Origin: Eledone cirrhosa
Lineage: Eukaryota
Direction of reading: 5' to 3'
Length of the DNA: 64,000 nt
NCBI GenBank assembly: GCA_964016885.1
Contig: OZ024742.1
Location: 216,752,001 to 216,816,000, forward strand
Notes under the pieces: model-generated
Told to the model about the DNA's origin: nothing
The model's input: the letters and a program-made list of their open reading frames with translations, nothing else
Databases searched by the model: none
Part shown: piece after piece, positions 55,533 through 64,000 of the stretch
Layout of the letters: every line of letters begins with the position of its first letter
Numbering within the stretch: the first letter of the stretch is position 1
Program-made: the position numbers and the translations under genes

Positions 55533-55642
55533 GCTTGGAAAGACGAGTTTCTTGTTTGGGATCCAGCACAGTACGGTGGTGTAACGAATGTTCGAATCCA
55601 TCAAGATAAAGTATGGAAACCTGACCTTAAACTTTATAATTA
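55533..55642 (+). CDS. 110-nt exon of the nAChR-like subunit (loop A region)
   Basis: ttgcag|AWKDEFLVWDPAQYGGVTNVRIHQDKVWKPDLKLYN(Y)|gtacgt; phase 0-2 and 110-nt length match the conserved nAChR exon. Confidence 0.95.
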
Positions 55643-55659
55643 GTACGTATTTTCTGATT

Positions 55660-55775
55660 TTCTTTCTTTTTTCTTCTTTCTTTTTTTTTCTTTTTTTCTT
55701 TTTTCTTTTTTCTTTTTTCTTTTTTCTTTTTTCTTTTTTCTTTTTTCTTTTTTCTTTTTTCTTTTTTCTTTTTTC
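55660..55775. repeat. (T5-6C)n polypyrimidine tandem repeat
   Basis: Directly visible about 20 nt after the exon donor. Confidence 0.85.
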
Positions 55776-56001
55776 ACTAATTTGCTTATTGATTTAAATA
55801 GCATATATAAACCATGACAAAGGGGCATAGGGAGTAGGCAAAGGAAGAATTAGATTATGACCCTCGAAATATGAGAAGAGGGATGGGATGATGATAATAA
55901 CAAACATGTATAGATGTTTTAGTACCAGGTCAGTGTACTGATGAAGGAGGCTAACGACCGAATATCCATAATATTCACGTCTTTTTATATATTTTAAAAC
56001 A

Positions 56002-56074
<73 letters not shown>

Positions 56075-56269
56075 TAGTATGGTTAATACGAAGAATATAA
56101 TTCGGTGTATTTACAAATACAGCAATGAAAGTGTTAAAGATGAAGGGGTAGTGGGAATGTCGAATGAATAGAAGTAAACATACACACACATGTACTCTAG
56201 GTCCGAACACAAGGGACTCCAACTTTCATCACCTCCGTCTCTCTCACCCTCCCCATCTCTCACTATTAT

Positions 56270-56630
56270 GAGCAAATGGGGTCTCACGCGCTGGCCGCCC
56301 CACGGCCCCGACGGACAAAATAGGGACGGGCTTTTCCCGGATAATGGTGAGGGAGATGCGCTGGAAAAGCCATTCCATCTCGCGAGGCTCACACCTGCAT
56401 CTAGCCAACTCACCGCCTATGGTGGTGAGTAGGGAGGTAGCTCTAGGGCCAAGGACACCAGAAGTCTCCACTTAGGGACTCGACTGTAAACCTGTCGGAG
56501 AGCGATAGATACTTGGAGAGTTTACCCTCCTCAGCCCGAAGTGCAGCAGAGCCTGTGTTAGTCGCAGACTGCACCAGGTTGCTGATGGAGAATATGTCGC
56601 TACATGTGACATCCCAGACGAGGAATTTAC
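56270..56630 (-). mobile_element. CRE-like LINE 3' fragment
   Basis: LVWDVTCSDIFSISNL..AEEGKLSKY; ETSGVLGPRATSLL..EPREMEWLFQRISLTIIRE. Confidence 0.8.
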
Positions 56631-57034
56631 CACCGCGAAACGGGAAGATGGTGTGAGATTTATAATAAAATGTCGATAATTTTCAAAAAGTCGGTACAAT
56701 GCGGTAAAAAATGCAAATGACAAATATAACAAAACAAAGTAATGTTTTACCCAGTGTATTTCAACACGATATTTCAGCACAAATACTCTTTCCTGTCTTT
56801 GAAGCGTCGAAACATCACCGACCCACAGCAGACAGACGAAGAAAGGGGATTGTCCTTATGTTCGTGTTTCTCTTACGTTTTCTAAACAATATGTAATAGT
56901 AACCACACAGCGACTTTTTTACTTTTAATTCATATTAATTTATTGCTGTAACCTCCGTTCTCTTATGTTTTTTAATTTATATATATATATATATATATAT
57001 AACAAAGGAATTGTGGTAAGGAACCAGATGGACC

Positions 57035-57089
<55 letters not shown>

Positions 57090-57090
57090 C

Positions 57091-57184
<94 letters not shown>

Positions 57185-57208
57185 GTAAGTATATATATAT
57201 GTATGTAT

Positions 57209-57242
<34 letters not shown>

Positions 57243-57381
57243 GTATATATATATATGTATGTATATATATATATATATGTATGTATGTATATATATATGA
57301 ATGTATATATATATATATGTATATATATATATGTATGTATATATATATATGTATGTATATATATATATGTATATATATATG

Positions 57382-57437
<56 letters not shown>

Positions 57438-57445
57438 TATGTGTG

Positions 57446-57579
<134 letters not shown>

Positions 57580-57979
57580 CGAGAATCGTATTTCGGTTTT
57601 GGAAATTAGCGAAAAAACTTCCGAGATGTGTGGCAAGCGCTGAATAGATTCTAACGAACCAGAGCTACAACATACGTTAAAAAGCCAAACACACTGAGAC
57701 AATGGTTAAACCATTATCCGCACAGCCATAGAAACGACCAAGTAATTCGGGTCAAACAAATAAAAAAAATATGATTGAAAAATTTACCCGGACCCCTGGA
57801 CGGTTGGTGAAAATCCACCATTTGGGTTTCTGCGACTCCTAAATCAAGTACTGTCCGCTTAGACAAATAATGTTAAGCTTCTGGTAAGATGATTGAACAA
57901 GGAAGTCACTTTCTCAACAGGCTTTTAGTTCAAGTGCCAGGCCAAGGATTGACCGTTACCAATACCCACGTGGAGCTCG

Positions 57980-58057
<78 letters not shown>

Positions 58058-58584
58058 AATAAATATGTGTATGTATATATATATATACTAGAGAGGGAGA
58101 TAGTGTGCCATCAATAAAACAGGGAAAACCACCAGTGTATGGAATCTATAATCTATGGAAGGCAGGGTAGACACACAATAATTAAAAGTATTTTAAAGAG
58201 CTCAGGATTCCTTTTCCTTTGAGCACATTATTGACAGGGTATAACGAGATTCTATGGCTCCGTTAATTTATCGTGATATATATATATATATATATAGTTG
58301 TGTATAATGGTAGCTATGGTGCTTCCATAGATGGTATGCCAAAATTAGCACTCGATATTCAGCAGAGTAGAGTGTGGAGAGTATAAAGAAAACGAAAAAT
58401 CAATGATGCATCTGAACTTAATTTATTGCGTGTTACAATTGTTTCGCCGGCATGTAGCTCGAGTCATGGTCCTTGTATGGATCTGGCTGATTCTACTTCT
58501 GCGGGTTCTTTCGGGCACGGGTGTTTCGTCTGGAGCAAATTTTATCACAAATATACATATATCACTTACCTAGAAACCACCCCA

Positions 58585-59260
58585 AGACTACCTAAGAGGA
58601 ATAGGCATAGACAGATTAGTTGGTAGAACCCCCTCCCCTTCAGTAGAGAGATCTCTATACCTATAGCTAGGATTTTCTTCATTTTGCTGAACACACATTT
58701 CATCATACAACATAGTTACTACAGCATCTTCAATAACAACACAATAAGACTCTCTTACTCCACTACACCTAACCTAGCTACGAATATAGCCTATCTCAAC
58801 TCTAAAAAATTAAATAAGCCTACTACCTCCAAACCCAATCTCCGGACGGGAGCCTTGTGCAACTGCCTAAATAAGGAAGCGTGCCCACTTGAAAACAAAT
58901 GCCTGACAAATGACATCGTATACAAATGTGATGTCATCTCAGGCACCGATGACGATATAACAAAAAGACATACATCGGCATGACTTCCAATAATTTTAAG
59001 ACCTGGTGGTATGCCTATACCCACTCTTTCAGACCACCGGACAAATCAAATCAGACAACACTCGCCTCCTATGTCTTGGACCTCAAAAGGAACTCCACCC
59101 CCACCCACCCCTTCACCCTTAAATGGAAAATACTCCAGAAAGCCGCTCATACAAGGGACAACACAAGTGCTGCGACCTTTATATTTCAGAGAGCTACGAA
59201 ATATTATTTGCCAAGGGTCTGCTACTGAACAAACTCTCTGAACAATACCCGAATTGTATG
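58585..59260 (+). mobile_element. Penelope-like element fragment (thumb/linker + GIY-YIG), possibly Naiad-like
   Basis: KRNRHRQISW*NP.PFS..IFNNNTIRLSYSTTPNL..CNCLNKEACPLENKCLTNDIVYKC..(fs)YIGMTSNNFK..SFR..QTTLASYVLDLK..LKWKIL. Confidence 0.85.
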
Positions 59261-59481
59261 CACAAAAACTTTCTTTTTTAAACCCACTCGACAAAGTACC
59301 CCCTCCACCTCCTTCCCACCCTACCCCTACCCCCTCTCCATCCGAAAGACGGTACTATGGTTATGTAAGTACTTCTTACCTATCTGCTTTTTCCACATGT
59401 AGATCGTACTTCATTTTTATACATGTGTGATGATATGTGTATATACATATATGAGTGTCCGTATTTGTATGAGTGGCTGTA

Positions 59482-59570
<89 letters not shown>

Positions 59571-59633
59571 GTATATATATATGTGTGTGTTTGTGTGTAT
59601 ATATGTATGTATGTGTGTACGTATGTATGTATG

Positions 59634-60207
59634 TCAGGTCACCAGTTAGTGCTACTGGTAACATGTATCCCAGTACAACCTGTCTCATGGTCGGATCGTT
59701 GCGACTAAACTGGCAACCCCACCAAGGTTTCTTGGTGAGGAGGGTGACTTTGGACATCCTGCAGGAATAAAAACAAAACCTGTCAAAGGGCAAAGGAGCT
59801 CTTAAGTGTCAATGGCCATCCAAAATCACCGGGAGATATGACCCCTTAGCCTTTTTCAAGGCAGAATTCTAGGAGAAGGAAAACTCTGGTATAACACTTA
59901 TAATATTTTGGTAAATATCATCCTTGTTAAGAGAGTGGGACTGGCTTTGTGCAGTGCCTTTGTTCACTATAAAAGCTTCACGGCACAGGCATTGCTTTAT
60001 ATCTGGAGATCTATCTGCACTTGTCGTCACATGGTACCATGGGCCCAGCACTATGTGTCAATAATTGTCACAAGTGTAGTGTTTGTACCAGAGTGTTCAA
60101 GTCGCTGGCTGGACTAAAAAGTCACACTCGTTCAGCGCATCAGTAGAGGTTCTCCTACATGGATATAAAGTAGTGGCCGTACTCGAAAACGAGTTGGCAG
60201 CCACCAT
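59634..60207 (+). mobile_element. Longest copy of RTE-derived bipartite non-autonomous element (family B)
   Basis: RTE-like 5' UTR (gcgactaaactggcaacccc..ctaggagaaggaaaactc) fused to RTE 3' end with C2H2 remnant and stem-loop; (TATG)n flanks. Confidence 0.8.
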
Positions 60208-60250
60208 GTGTGTACGTATGTATGTGTATATATATATGTGTGTGTGTATG

Positions 60251-60333
<83 letters not shown>

Positions 60334-60429
60334 CTATTTGCGTCTGTATGTTTATATTTGTGTATATGTCTGTGTACGTATGTATTTGTATGTATGTATG
60401 TGTATGTGTACGTATGTATATATATATAT

Positions 60430-60633
60430 ATAACAAAGGAATTGTGGTAAGGAACCAGATGGACCATAACGCACCAGAGTACTCAATACTTCGGGTAGTA
60501 GAGTGGGAAATAGGAAAAAGTATGACCCCGACGGCAGAGCTCAAGCCGTTTCGACGGCTATTTCTGGACTCAATAGTCCAGAAATGGCCGTCGAAACGCT
60601 TGAACTCTGCCGTCGGGGTCATACTTTTTCCTA
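60430..60633. repeat. Second copy of the GC-rich fold-back family (opposite orientation)
   Basis: Tail 60430-60508 then hairpin with centre ctggact-caat-agtccag. Confidence 0.88.
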
Positions 60634-60663
60634 TATATATATATATATACATTATATGTGTGG

Positions 60664-60697
<34 letters not shown>

Positions 60698-60746
60698 GTG
60701 TATATATAAAGAAGAAATTAAAAGATGGTTAAAAAAGTTCCATATA

Positions 60747-60812
60747 TTTTATTATGCGAATTTCGAAAACAACATCATCCTGGGACAAAAATTGTGTTCT
60801 CATCAGATAAAA
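60747..60812 (-). ncRNA. Type I hammerhead motif, paralog of 44052-44118
   Basis: ttttat-CTGATGA-gaacacaa..ttgttttc-GAAA-ttcgca-TA-ataaaa. Confidence 0.78.
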
Positions 60813-61390
60813 TAAGGTAACATGATATGAGGCCTAAAAACACTTGTCAACAAGAAAGTGTTCAGTCTACATATGACAGAAATATACGAGTAAGAAAAAG
60901 ATAGGAAAATAGAAGAAAAGGAAAGAAGAAGGAAAAAGGAAAAAGAAATAGAAGAAAGGAAAAAAGAAAAAAAGAAGGAGCAGAGAGAAAGAGAGAGACT
61001 TTTGATCAGTAACGCTGTCAAAATGAAAACAGCTGTAAATAACGGCTAAAAAATAAATAGATAAATTGATGAGGTGTATGTGCGAATATTACAATTAGAG
61101 GTCTAGAATATAGAACTGGGTATATTATTTTATATTGGGTTTGAATACTAAAAATTGGATTAAGAAGTGTAAAAATGTATTAATAAAATAAAATTAAATT
61201 AAATTAAAATAATTATAAAAAAGGTTTAAAAAAAGGTTTTTTAAATAAAATAAATAATATACATATGGGTATATATATATAAATTGTGTGTGTGTGGGGG
61301 TGTGTATTTGGGTATATATATGTATATATATATATGTGTGTGTGTGTGTATGTAAGTGTATGTATGTGTGTATGTGTGTATATATATATG

Positions 61391-61431
<41 letters not shown>

Positions 61432-62559
61432 ATTTATATGTATGTTTGTTGTGTGTGTGCCTGCCTGTGTGTGCGTGTGTGCGTGAGTGTGTACGTGTGT
61501 AAGGGGTGGGCGCATGTGTGATTTTGCTTGTTGATACATGGAATATAAATTAAGAGAAACTTCACAATAAGGGGAAGCACCCCAACACTTGAACCTATTT
61601 ATAGAACCCTTTCTGCCTTTCTTAACATAAATTATAGCTTTAAAAAATTAGCTTTTAATGAACTCCCTTTTCTTTAAATCCATCAACCAATGACCTCCAC
61701 CCATCCCAATACCCACCCTCTCCTACCATCAGAGAAGATATAAATACCACCACATTTACTTGGACAGTCAACTTCCTGATGATTTCTCACGAATGAAACA
61801 GTTCTAGGCCTGTAGAAGCTTTTTTATATTAAAGCATATATATATATAAATTAATAAAAGCAATGAAATAAAAACGAAGAACAAGTTCCTTATATCAAAA
61901 AATTCATCAGTTTTACGATCGTTTCTGGGATGTATATGTGTGTTGGGATGTATAACATGTTTAAGATCTATGTAAAAATATTACAAATTATCAGAGAAAA
62001 TATACATACCTTTACATGTACATGCTGTCCTCAGAAATGATGATATGTGTTTATTGAAAAAAACAAAGAATTGATATAAAGAGTCTGTTTGGGAACAGGT
62101 TTTGAATTGACCAATAGAAATGATTTAGAGGTCAAGTTGATAGAATAACAGTAGTAGAAATTAAATCTAGGAGTGGAGGAGTGCAGATTAATGCTTTGAA
62201 TGAAAAGAATACAATGAGGTGGAGAAAATGAGGTCAAGTCAAGAAGATAGTGAAGTGTTCACGAAAATTTGATGTTATTAAAGACTGTTGTTAAAAACGA
62301 AGGAAAAAATCTTTTGGGGGGGATAAGGGTATTAGTGAGAAATACCAATCTTATTTAAACTACAAGGAATCTAGATACATAACAGGAAATTAAATTAATT
62401 GATAGGTATACTTATAGGGATAAAATTATATTAATTCATATGAATAAAGAAGTAAAAAATTAAAGCAATAAAAAATATATATATATGGAAAAACTGAGAT
62501 AGATAAACATTTTTATAAAGAGTATTGTATATATACGGACATTGATGATATTAAAGATA

Positions 62560-62746
62560 TTTGTTTCTACTTTAGGCACAAGGCCAGCAATTACCCAGTT
62601 CATTACTGGTACTTTATTTTATCGACCCCGTAAGGATGAAAGGCAAAGTCAACCTCGGCGGGATTTGAACTCAGATCGTAAAGGGACGTAACTATGCTGC
62701 AAAGCATGGCGTCCGACCCTCTACCGATACTGCCAATCCACTGCCT
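62560..62746 (-). mobile_element. SINE family A with 20-bp TSD
   Basis: Full consensus; TSD ttgatgatattaaagatatt. Confidence 0.9.
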
Positions 62747-63536
62747 TGATGATATTAAAGATATTAATTATAATTAATAATCATAGGTATTAAATGTGAT
62801 AAATATGGGATGCGATTAAATGAAGTAGTGAGGTTTAAAATAAGTTTAGGAAAAGAGAGCTGTAAGAGGGAAATAAAATTATGAAATTCTCTGTAGTAAA
62901 ATACTAATTATAGGTTAACTAAATTTAAAAAACAATTATAATAATTTGTAAAATATAAGAGTAAGATATATATTAATTAAGTTTATAATATTTGAAGTTT
63001 TTTCTAATTCTATGATTGCAAGATATAATTAATTCCTGTCGATTATTTAATAGGATATCCTTAGATTTCATGATTTCAAAAAGTTATTGGGAGCATAACC
63101 TACACTCGTATCTGCTCTTTTGATAAGAGGTGGCCCTTTTAAGCACGCTCCAGGTCAGGTTATAATCAATGTTCTTTTTTCTATAATTATTAATTGCTTC
63201 GGCTAAGGATGTTGTATTAGCTAATGCGGCATTTTTAAAACTATGTTTGTGGGTACTAAATCTTACTTTAAATTGGTTAGACGTAGATCCTATAAATGAA
63301 TGAGTGGAATCCTTAGTGCTAATTTTACATTTATAAACTATGTTATTAACAAGACAATTTTATATATATAATAAAATGGTTTTAGACAAATTATATATAA
63401 TAAAATGGTTTTAGCTTGATCGTCGAGCATACTATACTCCAATAGTATCTACACTCCTTAAGCATAGAGGTCTGAGTTGAAAATGTTTTTATTAACACTC
63501 CCACTCCCCCCCCATACACACACACACATATATATG

Positions 63537-63583
<47 letters not shown>

Positions 63584-64000
63584 GCATGTATGTATATACG
63601 TTTATATGCAAGTATGTATATATGTGTGTGTATGTTATGTATATGTGTGTATGTATATACGTATGCATATGTGTAGACACAAGCTGTGAGCATTGATATA
63701 ATTCTATTTATATTTGCTATAAGTTCAAATATCCCAAACCTCGGGTGCTTTAAAGGCGTGGTAATCTCTCCCTAGTAAATATTGAATGAAATATGAAACT
63801 GTTCCGTTTCATCACGTCATCAAACTCCCCAAAGCGGGAATATGTTTGTGTTTATTAAACAGATTTATATATCTTCCCTATATGTATTTGCTAATGTTCT
63901 CGGTACGTTTGTACTATACTCACACATACACACACACAAATATATATGTACATATATGTGTGTGGGGGGGGGGATAAGCACATGTGTTTAGAAAGCGGTG

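Overview
Eukaryotic, AT-rich, extremely microsatellite-dense animal DNA. It is most likely octopus/coleoid cephalopod, inferred from the SINE families and repeat landscape. The only host gene I can support is an intron-containing Cys-loop (nicotinic acetylcholine receptor-like) subunit on the + strand, with two clear exons (49198-49391, 55533-55642) and a probable 51-nt upstream exon (28468-28518); most of the window is intron or upstream sequence. It holds one apparently intact L1/Tx1 retrotransposon (9753-15552, minus) inserted in (GATA)n, plus decayed RTE, R4/Dong, CRE, CR1, Penelope-like (PLE), mariner, MITE and SINE copies. The most striking pattern is about ten unrelated long fold-back palindromes (arms about 45-395 bp) embedded in (TA)n or similar runs. 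Most carry complete or half type I hammerhead ribozyme motifs, which points to PLE terminal repeats from several families. Nearly all other ORFs in the track are microsatellite translations. All family assignments come from motif recognition, with no database search.
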